64,000 bases of DNA from Lama guanicoe (GCA_013239625.1 MU053216.1:2322943-2386942); one strand, 5' to 3'; positions 37,560 through 51,931 are shown, counted from the stretch's first letter. Numbers and translations: made by a program. The notes: generated by a model from the letters alone, not told the origin.

Positions 37560-38610
37560 CAGTATTCTTCTCCTAGATTTATGGCTTGATGTCTTTCATC
37601 AATTTTGGAAGACCACAGCTTCATGATAAAATTGTTGAAAGACAAAGACAAAGAGTTAAAAGCTGACAGAGAAAAAGAAAAATATTATCTTCAAAATAGC
37701 AATGATGGGCTTCTCAATGGGGTCAATGGAAGCCCGTGAACACTGGACTGATCATTGTAAAGGACGGGAGGAAGCATGACTGTCAACAGAGAATTGTTAA
37801 TGTAGCATTCTACGTGAAAATGTATCTTAAAAGTTAACATAAAATAAAGGCATTTTTAGATAATAAAAAGTGAAAAAAAATTGCTGCCAGCAGACATATG
37901 ATATAGAAATACTGAAAACTGTGTTTGGGCAGAAGAAAATAATCCCAGATGAATGCTCAGAGATACAGGAAGTCCTAAAGAACACTGGAAAAAGTGAACA
38001 TGTGTCTATATCTAAGTAAATATAAAAAGTAATGTCTGGGGAGTTTCAAGAAAACAATACTATGTAAGTTGGCAGAGAGATAAAGAATTATTCTAAGATT
38101 CTTGCATTGCTTGAGATGTGGACATATACTCATTTATATTAGATTTTAATAAGACTTCCTACCAAAATCTCTGTGACAACCCCAAAAGAATTGTAAAAAA
38201 GTGTAGCAAAAGAGTAGACCAGAAAATCAGAATAATATAATATGTACTCCTAAAGAACAGGTGAGAGATAAAAACAGATAGGACAAAAAGAAAAAGTGGC
38301 AGATTTAGTATTTCCCAATATTTTAGAAATTATGTTAATACTTCAACTGAATACAAAGATTGAGAGAATGTCAAAAATTAAAAACTCAACTCATGTTAGT
38401 TTCAAGACACATACATTTAATATAAATTGAGTATAACTGAATGGAAAAAATCATCCATGCAAACACTAACCAAAAGGAAGCTGGTATACTTATATTAATT
38501 AAAAAAAAAAAGACCTCAAACCAAGGAGTACTGCTAATGTTAAAAAGAGGAATTTCATAATAATAAAAAACTGCAATTTACCAGGAAGATATAATAATTC
38601 TAAATTTGGA
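37560..38610 (+). mobile_element. Old L1ME-like ORF1/spacer/endonuclease fragment
   Basis: A-rich degenerate L1 (catgcaaacactaaccaaaaggaagctgg; ccaggaagatataataattc). Confidence 0.65.
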
Positions 38611-39309
38611 AGAAGTACCTGTCCTTTTGAAATTAAAGAGAAGAAAGTTAAGAAGAGTGAAGATTTAGGTCAAATCTGCAGAACGTTTTTTGGATCCCAG
38701 ACTCCTTTGGAGAATCTAATAAATATTATTGTCCTTTTCTCAAAAAAGAGAAAAAGAAACTGTACATTAACCCAAATTTCAGCTCACAGTTGAATAAGTT
38801 GAAAAAATCCCTGGAGCAGGGCTGAGACTTCCTGATGCCCTCTATTTTAAAGTTTAGAGGAAGAAAGAAAGTTTATGGACTTCCTAATTTAAATATTTTC
38901 AAAGTGAGAACCCAAGTTCTTGTCAGAGTGAGAGAAGTCGGGGCAGAACTGGGGGCCTCAGAGACCTGTGCGGGTTTTGGACAGCTGGGGTGGAGCATGA
39001 GAAAAGGAGGTAACTGAAAATTAGTGAAAATGCTGCTGTGTACATTTAAGGCTCTAACTCAAGTTTGAAATAATATTTTTATAATATAGCCTTTGAACAC
39101 TAGAACTTAATTTTCTCTAACGTTTCTCAGAAGCTGGAAGCAAAGGCAGAGAAAACAAATGAGTTGATCTAGGATTGGAGAGTCATGTGCTCCTGGGTCT
39201 TCAGAGTCAAGCGAAAAAAATCTGAAGATTGTCTAGATGATACGGGTACTGACGGCTGACTGCGACACTGGGGGTAGGTAGGGATGAAAGTAAAGAAGGC
39301 GGAGGGCGT

Positions 39310-39490
39310 ATCTCGTGGTGGGAAGGACATGAGCTTTGCAGGCGGGCAGACCTAGCCGGCAGGCGGTCCATGGCTGATAGACTAAACCTCTCTAAGCCAA
39401 CGCTTCTCCACTGGCCAAATGGGGAAAATTAAAACCATACCTTTGAGTATTAAATGAGGAACTATGTGTAAAATGCTTAGGAAGAGTCAT
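39310..39490 (+). mobile_element. MIR SINE
   Basis: aaacctctctaagcc...aaatggggaaaatt...attaaatgag. Confidence 0.6.
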
Positions 39491-39857
39491 CATTGCCATC
39501 CTGTCAACTGGCTGGACAGGTCCAAGAACTGGAGGCGCTTGTGGGACAGAAGAACGACTTTCATACAGGAGGGAATACGGCAGCAGCAGACAGGCAGAGC
39601 AGACGTTATGAGGGGGTTCCGAAGTAGGGCTACTTTGAATTAAAGCAAATTCAGAATGTGGCCCTAGGAGTAAAATCCCAAACTGGAGTAAAAGCCATTG
39701 GGATCACGCAGTCAAACACGAGCCGTCACACCGTGAGCCCGGATCCCTCCGCACAGCCGCCCGCTTGCAGGATTCTTGGCCTCTTTCAGGCTGGATGAGC
39801 TCATTTTTTCCCTAAATTTTTAGAATTGTTTCCAGTTCTTAACCTTCCATATCTTAG

Positions 39858-40535
39858 TGTTGTTACTTACGTTCATCAATCTTCTTCTCGTATCAATTCA
39901 TCACTTACAGACACTAAGCATAAGGAAATGATGGAGGTCGAAAGGGTGGAAGCGTGAGACACGGCGCTGAGCCGGCCGGTCTGACATGTGCCTGGTTAAC
40001 ACAGAACGATGACAACGAACCATTTCTGACAGTCGTTATAATTAACAACAGCACATTTTCTCAAGGTTCCAACAAGCAGTGAACTGAATTCCCATGAACC
40101 CTAAAAGTTCAGTTCAGTTCAGGAAAAGGCTAAGTTTGATGTTATTCTCTGAATTAGCTTTCCAAGCCCTAATTACGGTAACAGACATGATTTTACAAAC
40201 TTGGAAAAGGTTCATTTACATGACAGATCCAAGCATCAAATGCTCTTACTATCTTTCTTTTCATTTTGTCTTTCAAATACTGACTTAAAAAAAAACAGAA
40301 TTAAGAAGTAATTATAAAGAACAGTTTAAGGAGAGGAAACACTGTATTCTTCTACTAAATCATATTATTCATTGCATCACCCTATATTGATGAAAGCAAA
40401 GAAAATTTCTTTCTAAAAGTTAACTCTTGACAAAGTGGAGAACATGCTCTCATCTAAGAATGCAATTCACCAAAAACATTCCGATTCCATGATGATACGA
40501 AGCTCCCTTAATTGATAGGTGAACAACCTGCTCCT
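39858..40535 (+). pseudogene. Possible CTLD remnant
   Basis: AG then CCYL / SSLTDTKHKE near 39860-39930; TWKRFIYMTD near 40200; TCSHLRMQFTKNIPIP**YEAP (C at 40445). Confidence 0.35.
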
Positions 40536-40607
40536 GGAAGGAAATATCTTACGTTGTGATTTGAAGGGTTTTTTTTGTTTTGTTTTGTTTTTTAGCGTTT
40601 CTTTACC

Positions 40608-41185
40608 AAATGTGAGACCGTGGTTGCTGCTGTCACCATTGCTTTTCCCTGACACACAAACTGTGCAGGAAGGCTGCGGATGCACAGAAGTGCTTTGACA
40701 AAACTCTATCACTCATCTTTGCGACTTCTGCCCATGACTCATTTCACAAAGGAACGAAATTAATTCTGCAACTTCTCCTCTCCTTGACCTTCTTTTTCTC
40801 TTTGTTTGGCACTTACTGCAGAGGAAAAGGATTTCCTGTACATTATTGATGAAATCACAGAACATGTCATGTTTACTTGCATAATTTTATTCACTCTAAA
40901 ATAGAGATTAATTTAAAAAGAGGGAGGTGGGGAGTGTGTGCAAACATCTTGCTTTTAATATGTGGTTATGCTCTGACAACCTTCATTAATCTTTGTGTGA
41001 CCTCATGTAATAGGTCTTGGGGAATCGTCCTGATGCAATTTAAGGACCCATCTGAATATTCCCATTTATCCCAAACCACATCATATCAAACCAAAACCAC
41101 AAATCTGATGCTACGCCCTTGAAAAGTGACATTGATCTTGGCAATAGGTTTCTTGGAGCGATGATAAGGGTGTTTACCTGACAAA
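40608..41185 (+). pseudogene. CTLD remnant
   Basis: Polypyrimidine/AG ending 40595; KCET-(fs)-WLL-(fs)-HHCFSLTHKLCRKAADAQKC 40608-40693; KERN*F near 40750; CYALEK*H*SWQ*VSWSDDKG from 41109. Confidence 0.6.
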
Positions 41186-41314
41186 TCGTAAAGATGCCAA
41201 CATTTCTCTTTAAACAGCTGTTTCTTTCCCCCAGTTGTTTCCATCTCTCAGTTCCCAGTCCTTTATGTTGAAACCTCACTGCTGTGAGATGTTTCTCTGC
41301 TGAGTGGAATCCAT

Positions 41315-42920
41315 CTAACTGAAAGTCCTATCAGATCAGTCCACGGGGGCCTGTATTACGATTATTCTCCAAATCGGCTCCCGTTTTCTCTTGCTGCGTT
41401 TACGTCCACTTGCTGATTTTGCACTTAGTCCCCCTCTGCGGGCACCTTGACTGAGGAAGTCTGAAGAAGGCTTTTCTACCCCAAACTGGGTTAGGAGCCC
41501 TTGTACTGTTGCTTATATAAACTAGGTTTGCCAGTTTGGGATGGAATTAATCAACCAGCACTTATAATTTTATGTAATTCCAAACTCTGTAAGGCTAATA
41601 ATTTTATGATTACTAGCCCAGTTTATTTCCTGGAGGGAGCCTCTCCACTTGGAACGTAGCTGCATTGAAGCCTAAATATAAAGACACCCTTTCTGTCATT
41701 TTCCTGTGAATAACATCCTCCAGTTTGCACGTCTTCTAAATCATGGTTCCAAGACAGGCAAGTGCAACCTGACATCACCTTTGCTCACGACGCCTAAAAC
41801 TCAAGTAGCTTTTTCTTTGGCTGTCATATCCCAGGGCCAGCCAGCTCCAACGCAGACTGTAGTCATGTAGCCGCTGATAAGCCACGCTTCTGTACTTAGG
41901 TAGTTACCAACTTTCTCACCCAAGTCCAGGGCTGTGTGTTTATTCACTCGAATGTTTACTGAGTCAAATCTGGTTCATGTTCAGAAGCGGTGATTCTTTG
42001 TACTTCAATTTTATCAAACAATATCCTAGGAACCTCTACCGCGTTAATTTTGGCTGCAGGTATGAACAAGTCATCAGTATTTTCACCCAAACTGTTGAGC
42101 TCGCCCTCAAAACCACCTTCATGCACTTGGCTCTTTTCCTCACGGCCTCAGGCCTTTTCAAGTGGCACCTCGGCAGGGCCTTCCTTGAACGTTCTTTTAA
42201 GGCGACGCCCGTCACTCCTCCCGCTCTTGGTGCTCCTCTCCCCATTAGCGCGCTATTTTCTCCCACAACGCTGCTCATCTTGCTGCGTTGTCTGGTTTGC
42301 TTACTACTGTTTCTGCTGGCTGTGTCCTTCCACTAAATGTCTCCACAAAGGAAGGGGCTGTCTTCCCTCATTTGTTCTTGCTACACCACCAGCCCCCAGC
42401 ACAGTGTCTGGGAGACGGGAGGCACCCCGTAACCACACCTGGAGTGGATGACTTAGAACTCTTTGGTGATGACTGCTTACAGAGTTTTAACTCTATTATG
42501 CTATTGGCTCCACGGAGCTTATAAGGTATTCATAAAGTACTGTATCAGACATCTTGATGACATTATAAAATATATATACTTAATTTATTGTGTTGATTGA
42601 CATTATGCATCATTGAGGCTTTAAATAAAGTCAGACTGATTAGATTCAAATCCTGGTTCTCTCACTCCCAAGCCGTGTAGACTTGAAGGGGCTTCTAATC
42701 TGTTCCTTTTTCCTCTTTCTCTCCCCCCTCCCTCTCTTTTGGTAAAAGTTTTCTCATTTGTAATGTAGGAAAAAGTCGTTATCCAGCCTTATAGAGTTAT
42801 GAAATTAAATAAAGTGCCTGACATACAGTAAAAAGGTAGACTTCTTGGAAAAGGGTAAAAACTCAGTAAATGATCGTAGGAAAGACTGCTACTTTCACAC
42901 CTTGTACTGGAGAAGAATCA
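41315..42920 (+). pseudogene. CTLD remnant
   Basis: AC-(fs)-YYDYSPNRLPFSLAAFT 41349-41404; QIWFMF near 41965 with donor gtatga near 42060; KDC near 42881. Confidence 0.45.
42110..42830 (+). mobile_element. L2 3' end (to ~42440) and MIR (~42600-42830)
   Basis: cccagcacagtgtctggg; gattcaaatcctggttct...ctcatttgtaatg. Confidence 0.6.
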
Positions 42921-43729
42921 GGTGTATGTATGTTTTAAAAAGTACCAACACATACTCTTTCTTGTGTGGTTCTTGTACAGTATTCCAGACCTTCAGCTTT
43001 TATACCTGATTATGACTTTGATGCCCAAGAAAAGTAAAAAAAGTGTCAGATTTTATAGTCAATGCTGTTCCATGTACTGGACAAAGAGAAATATTCTTCA
43101 GTCACACAAGCTTCGCTCTGGTAGGTAGCAAGGTCGTTTATAAGTATGGTCATGAATCTCCAGTTACTTCCCAAAGCCTTTCACTCACTCTCAAGTAAAA
43201 GCTTCCATAATTCTTAGGATTTTGCTTAATGAGATTAAGACTGTGAAACCACATGGTCCCGTGAGTTAAACATGTAGAACACAACTGGCAAACCTTTAGC
43301 CGGCCTGAGCGGGACAGCCCTGACCCCGGTGTGCTTGCTGCATCACCTAGTGGACGGGCCACAGGGACAGATGCATGGGTTTTCACTCTCATCTGTGTAA
43401 CCCCAAAGCTGCTGGGATTTCTGGAAATTTTAATTATCTTAAAAATAATTCCAAATACCTAAGCAAGAACATTTAAGTGCCCCCCCCCGCCTCTCCTAAC
43501 ATTTACATCCTAACCTCATTTGGAAATGTTTGTGGCAGCCTGTTCCTAAAGCATAGGGACTTTAAATGAAACAAGAAAACACGCACTCAGCACTTTCACA
43601 ACCGCTGGGTGAGAACAAGACGTATGTAAAACCTATGACACATGAAACTCCAGCAGAAAGAGCAAAAGAAAAATTGAAAAAATCCAACCAAAAGACCTGT
43701 TGAACATGAGTGCACATGAAACAATTTAC

Positions 43730-46333
43730 CAACCTTATCTGTAGAACAAAACACACATAAAAGAGAGTCAGCTTGTTCATTAGAATCCCAAGGACACCAA
43801 ATAATGGAACAAATTTAGAGGATTATAAAATAAAATCATAATGTTTAAAGTGCTTAAGGAGGTAAAACAAGGGCTTGAAAACACAACTATAAACTTAGAA
43901 TTCAGATATGACAAAAATAGAGCTTGTCAAAAAGAAACATACAGTTACTAAAATTTAAAGCATACTGTGTGCATTTAAGAGCAGATCAAACACAGTTTAT
44001 AATATTACTGGCTTAAAGAGTAAGTATGCAAAAGAATCACTCAGAATGGGCACAGAAAGATAAAGGTCAGAAAAATATGAATGAAACACATAGAATGAGA
44101 CATTACACATTTCGAAAAGAAGTTTCAGGAGGAGATAATGAAAGGAGTTTGGAGGAGGAAATATTCGAAGGACTAATGGCTAAGAATTGTTATACTAGAA
44201 GGAAGACATGGGTCTTCAGATTGAAGTACAGTGTGTTCTGAGAGGTTAGAAAAGAATCTTTACCTGGGTACATTCTAGTGAGCACTCACTCAGATAAAGC
44301 ATATTATTATTATTTGCCATCAAAAACATGAAACATAACATTTACCATCCTAATCATTTTCAAGTGTACAGTGAAGTGTTAACTATATGCACATTTTTTT
44401 GCAACAGATATCTAGAACTTCTTCATCTTGCAAAACCAAAACTTTGTATTCATTAAGCAACTCCCCCTTTCCCCCAGCCCGCCCACTCAGCCCCTGGCAA
44501 CCAACCTTCTACTTTCTGTTTCTACGAGTTTGACTATTTTATGTACCTCGTGTAAGTGGGACAGTGCAGTATTTGTCTTTTTGGTGACAGCCTTATTTCA
44601 CTTAGCATTATATCCTCAAAGTCTGTCCACATTGTAGCAAATGACAGGATCATTTTCCTTTTTAGTATTGCACTGTATGTAAACACCACATTCCCTCCCC
44701 CCTTTTTATTACATAACTTTCAGGTGTATAACATAGTAACTTGACAACGGTGTACACCACAAAGTGATGACCTCCGAAGTCCAGTTACTGTCTGTAACCA
44801 CACAATTGATACCCTTCACCCCTTGTATCTACACCCCACCCCTTCCCTTCCCCTCTGATAAACCAATCTGTTCTCTACCCATGAGTTTGCTTTTGTTTTG
44901 CTTTGTTCATTTCTTTGTTTTGTTTCATTTTGCTTTAGATTCCACATATAAGTGAACTCACACAGCATCTGTCTTTTCCCTTCTGACTTACTTCACTTAG
45001 TATAATACCCTCAAGGTCACTCCATGTTGTCATAAGTGGCAAGGTTTGATTCTTTTTTATGGCTGAGTAATAGTCCATTGTGTGCATGCATGTGTGTGTG
45101 TTTGTGTAATATTACATCTTATTTATCTCTTCATCAATGGACACATAAGTTATTTTCCTATCTTGGCTGTTGTAAATAATGCTGCAGTGAACAAAGGGGT
45201 GCAGATATCTTTTGAAATTAATGTTGCCTTTTCTTTAGATAAATACCCAGAAGTGGAATAGCTGGATAACCGAGTGTTTCTATTAATTTTTTGAGGAACC
45301 AAAATCTCCTTTCTAGAGATAGGTTTGTTTAGATTTTCTGTTTCTTCATGAGTCAATCTTTGAAGGTTGTATGTTTCTATAAATATATCCATTTTCTCCA
45401 GATTTTCCAGTGTGTGGGGGTGTAATTATACACAGTCTGTCATGGTCTTTTTTTTTATTTCTGTGGCATTGTTTGTAACATTTCTTCTTTCATTTCTAAT
45501 TTTTAAAATTTGAGTCTTTTCTCTTTTTATTAGGAATTGTCAATTTTTGTGGATCTTTTCAAAAAATCAACTCTTAGTTTTGTTGAATTTTTAAAATTTT
45601 TTATTCTCTATTTTATTTCTGTTATATCTTCTTGATGAATTAACCCTCTTATCATGATACAGTGTGCTTTGTCTCTTGTGACAGTATTTGACTGAAAGTC
45701 TATTTTGTCTGATGTAAGTATGACCATCCCTACTTTTTTTGGTTACCATTTGCATGAAATCTCTCTTTTGTCATTCTTTTACTTTCAGCCTGAGTATGTC
45801 CTTATATCTAAAGTGAATCTCTTACAGACAGCATATAGTTGGATTTTGATTTTTTTAAATCCATTCATCTGCTTTATGTCTTTTGATTGGAGAATTCATC
45901 TATTTACATTTAAAGTAATTAATCATAAGGAAAGACTTATTACTGCCATTTTAAAAGTTGTTTTCTGTACATCTGGTAGTTATTTTGCCCCTCTTTTTCT
46001 CTCTTGTTGCCTTCCTGTGTCTCATTGATTTTTTTGCGGTTGCATGCTTTGATTCCTTTTTCATTTTCTTTTGTGCATATTCTATATAGGTATTTTCTTC
46101 TTGGTTACCATAGGAGTTATACAAAACATCTTATAATTTTAATCATCTGCTTAAACCGATGACAACTTAACTTCATTTGCATACAAAAACTATATTCTTT
46201 TACATATGCCACATTTTATATTATTGTCACAAATTACATCTTTTTATATTTTGTAACCTTTAACATAGTTTAAGTGTCATAGTTATTTTTTATGCTTTTT
46301 TTGAACTATGACTATAAAACTATGTTAAAAGTT

Positions 46334-46365
<32 letters not shown>

Positions 46366-46500
46366 TATTCTTTTTAACCTTTTAATTGAAACCTCAAATT
46401 ATAAACACACACAGTTAACAAAGACCATAGTTAATCTCTAGCCTCATCCTCCTTCCTAAAATTATGACGACTTTAGAACACTTCAACTGTGAAATATATT
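43730..46500. mobile_element. Nested L1 block (old + strand ORF1 piece; L1MB-type and younger L1 pieces on - strand)
   Basis: L1 3'UTR and ORF2 remnants, e.g. ORF 45150-45392(-) ETYNLQRLTHEETENLNKPI / KDICTPLFTAALFT. Confidence 0.8.
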
Positions 46501-46903
46501 TATATATAACCTTCATATCCATGGTGGGGACAGGGGAGTGGTAAAGAAAACTCAGCACAGTTTTCTTAAAAGGAATGCCATAAAAGAAAATATGTCCCTG
46601 GTGATTAGAAATCCTAAAATATGATGACAGAGAATATTAGTGGTCACAGTAAATATCAATAGATTAAATTTATCTGTTGTAAGGTAGAGATTCTGGGACT
46701 GGTTCGTAAAACGTCATAGCAGAGAGGTGAAAGGAAAGTGATGGACAGTGGCAGCAAGCAAGCTGTCCAAAAGCAGCTTTGCTTGGTAAGACTAATCTAT
46801 AATAAATTTTATTTGAAACAACTATATTGTAAATACAGTCATTCCTTAATAATAAAAGTAACACCTTAGCAGAGAGCTACCTCAGTCTTAACACAGATAT
46901 ATC

Positions 46904-47663
46904 TGTATCAGTCAGGGTCCACTGAGGAGACAGAGATGATAGTAAATTTTAAATCATACAGTTTTATTAACTATTTGTAGAGTGTTAACTAAGAGGGAAT
47001 ACCATCTAATTCCCTTTAAAGAATACCCTGGGACTGAGGAAGAAAACTTATGGAAAAGAACAATCTTGGAAGATGGGGGAGGGGGGAAGCCACCCATGGC
47101 TGAGGTTCAAGCTTCACTAGAGAGCAGATGGGGACGGCCCACTGGATGTTGGAGAAGTCCCTTGGGCTGTCCCTGAACTGGTCCAACGTCAAAGAAGCAT
47201 GACTGGTGGACAGAGAACTGCCTGTTAAATCTGCTGGGATGTCCGCTGGAGCTACGCTGGAGCTTCTGGACAGCCATGAGGAACCTGCCAGCAGCGGGGG
47301 AAATGGGTGCTATTTAACTCACTGGAAGATGTGGCTGGAAAATTTCTCTGAGCTCTCACGGAACTCTCCAGAAACTGTCCTGAGGGATGCCACTGGCTGC
47401 TGGGAGCCACCTGTGCTGGTAGGACTGAATTCATCAGGATGGGGAATGAGCTTATGGAGTATCCTGCACACCAGCCCAGTGCTAGGAGCAAAAAAGAGCA
47501 GAGTGCAGGGACCCAGGAGGAAAAAATCCTCTGATATTTCTCTAGTTCCTCTACTGATAAAGCTTGACATCGTGCCACCTGACAAGGGACAGATGTTAGA
47601 GTCCTAAGGAGGCAGTGAAAGGTGGGCTTGGATTTGAGAGGCAATAAATTGACACCTGGCATA
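46904..47663 (-). mobile_element. ERVL-class solo LTR
   Basis: Ends tgtatcagtcagggtcc ... gagaggcaataaattgacacctggcata, typical of LTR40/41/52-type LTRs. Confidence 0.6.
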
Positions 47664-47679
47664 GCACCTAACCATAAAA

Positions 47680-48185
47680 CTTTAAAAGTGAAAACATAGA
47701 CACTGACAGACAAGAAGACATTAGCAGATTAATAAACTGTGAAGAGCTGTTGTACACAGCTCTGTCAGAAATGGATAGGGCAGATAAGAATCAGTTACAG
47801 AGTACTGAACAATAAAGTTAACAAGTTTGAAGTTACTGATGCTTAGAAACATAAATTCTTTCCAACTCATATGGAATATTTAAAAAAATTGGCCATAGGT
47901 CACAAGAAATCTCAATAATTATAAAACTAATCAAAACAGATAAACTATTTTATATGACATAAGGCAATAAAATTGAAAACCAATGACACAAATATAGCCA
48001 AAAAGGAGTATCTGAGAAATAAAAAATGAAGAAATGAAGAACTAAAATAAAGAATAAGTATTATAAAGACATACTAAAAATTGAACAACAGTGCAGGGAA
48101 TACTTATTCAAATCTGCAGAAGGCAGCTAAAGTGATACTTAGAAATTTATGAACCTAAATGCACATATCCAATAGAAGACAAGAG
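47680..48185 (+). mobile_element. Old L1ME-like ORF2 fragment
   Basis: gcagctaaagtgatacttagaaatttat...aaatgcacatat. Confidence 0.6.
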
Positions 48186-48579
48186 TGTGCCGGACCAAGT
48201 CAACCACTGCAAATTTAAAACACAGAGATTCTATGACCATTTTACCTCAAATCCCAGAGACTTTGTTTGTTGATGTTATCATCATTTGGTTAATCGATTT
48301 GAGATTTCCTGAGGGAGACGCCCCTCTTCTCCCAGGAGAACCTGTCAGAACCTACTGAGGGGCACGTGTGGTTTGGAAAGCAGTTCCTTGTCTTTGCTGT
48401 AGAGTTTGTTTTCTCTTAGGGCATTTGACGTCTATATATGTATTATGTATTCTGGTAAAATGGTGGAATGTGCTAATAAATACTGTTTTACTGCTGAAAT
48501 ATAGAAATCCAATGCTCATGCTCTTAAGATTATCCAGCCTTAAAACAAATCTTACAGAGACAGAAAATGGCAAAATTTT

Positions 48580-49210
48580 CTACTCACTCATTCATTCGTT
48601 GAACGGATATTTATTCAGTGCCCTTTATGTGTAATGGGGATTTGTTAGTGAAAAAAATAAACAAGACCCCAGCTTTCCATGCGCTTGTATTCTAGCAGAG
48701 GGAACAGGGGAAAGAAAAGATGAAGTGAAATATACACTGCAAAGTACCACTGGGAGAAGTAAGCAATAAAAGGGAGAAACATTTAGGGAAAGTTCAGATT
48801 ATACAGAGTCACATCATTTTGTCCAGAATAACCCACATTTAAGCTCATTGTTCTGGCATAATTAATAGGAGTCAGCCTTTAACATCCAGCTGGGCTCTGG
48901 TTTGGATAATAAAATATACAGTCTCTCTACGTTTTTGTAAAGACCTGGGCTTTTGCTTGGGTAAATGAAAGCTACCAGAGGGCTCTCAGTGTGGGAGAAA
49001 CATGGTCTGATTTAATTTTAACAATATCTCTTAGACTGTTGTGTTGAGACGAGATGGTAAGGAGCAAAAATAAAAGTAAAATCTACCCAGAACCTGACCA
49101 CCCCTTCTCACCACCTTCTCACCAGCAGCCTGGTCCAAACCACGACCATGCCTTACTTGAGCTGCTGAAATAGCTTCCAAGTCAGTCTTTCTTGCTATAT
49201 TTGGTACACG
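48580..49210. mobile_element. L2 fragments
   Basis: cactcattcattc...tatttattcagtgcc 3' end and internal pieces. Confidence 0.6.
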
Positions 49211-49385
49211 TACAAGCAAAATTTAAAGAAAAGCACCTTGAAAAAACACATTTTCTTGTTTCAAATATTCATAACTTTTCTCTTTCATGCCTATTCAGTT
49301 ATAAAGAGAGCAACCATTAATACATTTTTTTTCTGTTCAAGTCAGTATCAAAAATATTCTATTTTATTCAAGATTCATCTTTGGA

Positions 49386-49673
49386 CAGATGTAGAAAACA
49401 GACCTATGGTTACCTGGAGGGAAAGGGGGTGGGAGGGATAAATTGGGAGTTCAGGAGCTGTAGATAGTAACTACGGTATCTAAGATGGTAAACACAAGGT
49501 CCCACTGCAGAGCACAGGGAACTACGTTCAACACCTTGTAATAAACCTATAATGAAAAAGAATATATATATGTATGTATAACTGAATCGCTATGCTGCAC
49601 ACCAGAGACTAACACAACATTGTAAACAGACTATAGTTCAATAAAAAAAAGCAAAAATATTTTAAAAATGAAA
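49386..49673 (+). mobile_element. Young L1 3' end
   Basis: ggttacc...ggggtgggagggataaattgggag...agcacagggaacta; TSD-like aa-a-tcat-tttgga at ~49370 and ~49674. Confidence 0.85.
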
Positions 49674-50021
49674 AAAAATCATATTTGGATTCATTTGGAA
49701 TGGAAAGTGCCTGTGTGGTTTCCTTTCCAGAAACAATGAATTAATTATACCTCGGTTTCCCTTTCTCTCAGGTAGAAAGACAGAAGTGCAGAATCCGGGC
49801 TGGAAGTCCCTCTCTCATCCCCCTGCTCCAGGAAGACAAACAGCTTTAGGTCTCATAGAAGTGACCCTAGGGCTCTCCAGTCGTGTGACTAATGTTTAAC
49901 AAACAGCTTTACATTTTTTTCCTTGATCATAAGTCTCCCTGACAGTTAAAGTTTTTGAGATAAAAACTGAAAAGCAACACTTTGTCATTGCTTTTTTTTT
50001 TTTTAACCTTCCCTTCCTTGC

Positions 50022-50330
50022 TGGGTCTTGTGGGAGCTAGATGTTTGCAGCCAACAGCCCCCTTAGGTACCAACATCATCTCCAATAGGAAGCTTCAGGT
50101 TCTAGGAATCATTTTGTTCAGAAACCTAACCCGAAGGCGATGATATTTATAAGTAAAAATTCCTTATGGTGGGCCTTCAAGCAGAAAACCCAAAAGACAT
50201 TTGATTAGACATGAAAACCAGTTTCATCTCTCGTATCATCAGGCTACAAGATAAATGTACTGATAAAACGAGAAAAAAGGGCAGCATGTCGAATAGTCTA
50301 GCAGAGCCTCGCCTTCCTGCAGCCTTCCCC
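50022..50330 (+). pseudogene. CTLD remnant containing the WIGL-type motif
   Basis: W-(fs)-LVGARCLQ 50022-50050; SLW/VGLQAENPKDI*LD 50161-50210, where restoring one base gives SLWVGL...I(W)LD; DKC (C at 50256) in the same frame. Confidence 0.65.
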
Positions 50331-50564
50331 AGTTCCTCTCCCCAGTCCTCCTGAATTCCCCCATCTTCTACGGCGAGTCTCTACGGTAAAGTTTTGTGCT
50401 TTAGTTTATTCTCTTCTCTCTCTCTCTCTATATATATGTATATATTTTTTGGCGAATGCTACTTTAAATGTTCACCTGAACTAGTGTGTCCCGTCTGAAC
50501 GAAGGCACTGTATGTAGTGAGCTTTCTGTAGGATGTAACTAACGGCGCCACCCAGGGCTCACAC

Positions 50565-51465
50565 AGTAACTGCTCAGGGGGAGCCGGTGCTGGGAGACGG
50601 ACTTTCCTCCACGAGCAAAGACTCCTAAGTGGTCACCAGCTGCTGCTGCCTCTGCCCCAAACAGCGGGATCACGCACCTGCCATCGGCACCGACACAGGA
50701 CCCCTGGAACGTTTTCCCATATAATGCAGTGCGGGGTGAGTGCTCGCCACTGAAAAGTGGATTAGACTCATCATGACGGTTTCCAACAACTCCCTGCAGT
50801 GCCATCCGTGGCGCGGCTCACACGCTGTCCGCATTCACACAGATGAGTGCTGCCGTTTTGCATTTTTAACATGCAACAAGTTTGAACCATAACTTTTCCA
50901 AGCTTGAAACCTAAAACTTTTTTTTATACTAAACTAATTGGAACACCATATAAATCTAATATCTCTTCAGTAAAAGGGGGGGGAAGTACTTTCATTTCAA
51001 GAGGAAAGTATTCAAAATTATTTAAAAATTTTATTTGCATTTAATTATCTTACAAACATACCAAGACTCTCTATCATGTCTAGAATTAATTTAAACTCTG
51101 GAAAGAGCAACAATATTTGCTTTTTACCACCCAAATCTTAAAATGGTGATTAATTTAATTCTTACATATTTCTATTTCTGTCAGCTTGGATTTTATATCA
51201 ATAAATGGAGGCAATCATGGACCGGAAACAATTGGCCTTAGATGAGAAAAATTAACCAGTAACTAAATATTAGAAATGATATCAGGGAAGGAGTTTAGTT
51301 ATGTTGTAAGTTTTCATTCCAAGAAATTTTGGATGAGTGTTGGGGATGGAAACCAGGGTAGCCTGAGGCAGCGCCTACCCCATTGGATGGTCCCTGTGTT
51401 ACTGAAGCCAGATTTGATGACACAGGGCGGGGGATTCGATATATTTATACTTGGGAGTTAAAGTA
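50565..51465 (+). pseudogene. CTLD remnant
   Basis: KWSPAAA...THLPS 50627-50686; donor gtgagt near 50736; EFSYVVSFHSKKFWMSV 51291-51341; DGPCV 51386 ... TWELK 51449. Confidence 0.55.
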
Positions 51466-51931
51466 GCCAGCCTGCGCCCCGCCCCTCCTTTGACTAGGGG
51501 ACCGCCCCGAGGAAAACAAAAGCGCCATTTCCCCTCTGCAGCTGGGCTCAGCCGTCTTTACCAGGGGAGAGAGACCTTGTCTCTGAAAACGTTCTTGGCT
51601 GTGGAATTCAGCGACCAAGTAGAACCCAGCACGGCTCCCGGAGAGTCACGGAGTTTGTGCAGCCCTCCGGGGGCAGAACGGAGACGTTTTATAGTTGAAA
51701 GGCTCCCACTGTGTGAGCAGCCCCTGGACCTCACTGAGAGACCTCATCTATTCAGGGCCAGAGACAACACGTCCCAGGCCTCCCTCTGCTCCACCTAAGG
51801 TTTTTGAATGCCTGTGTCCTTGTAATAATCTAGTGAAGCTGATACCAGGCAAGCGCTCCGCCTCATCGAGTCTGACTTGATAATTCAATCCTTTGTGCTC
51901 GCCCAGTAACCAGCCGCTACTGTCACCTAAG

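Larger units (their letters stand above)
43022..48409 (+). pseudogene. CTLD remnant split by the L1/LTR block
   Basis: AG at 42979-42980; CPRK 43022; RFYSQC 43048-43065; KYSSVTQA; after the repeats IIWLI (W at 48287) and VVWKAVPCLCCRVC 48368-48409. Confidence 0.5.

Noticed and set aside
40080..40116. Small hairpin resembling miR-146 (gaactgaattcc...ttcagttc)
   Set aside because: The stem is only ~11 bp in 37 nt and the seed differs (gtgaact vs gagaact); too short for a pre-miRNA
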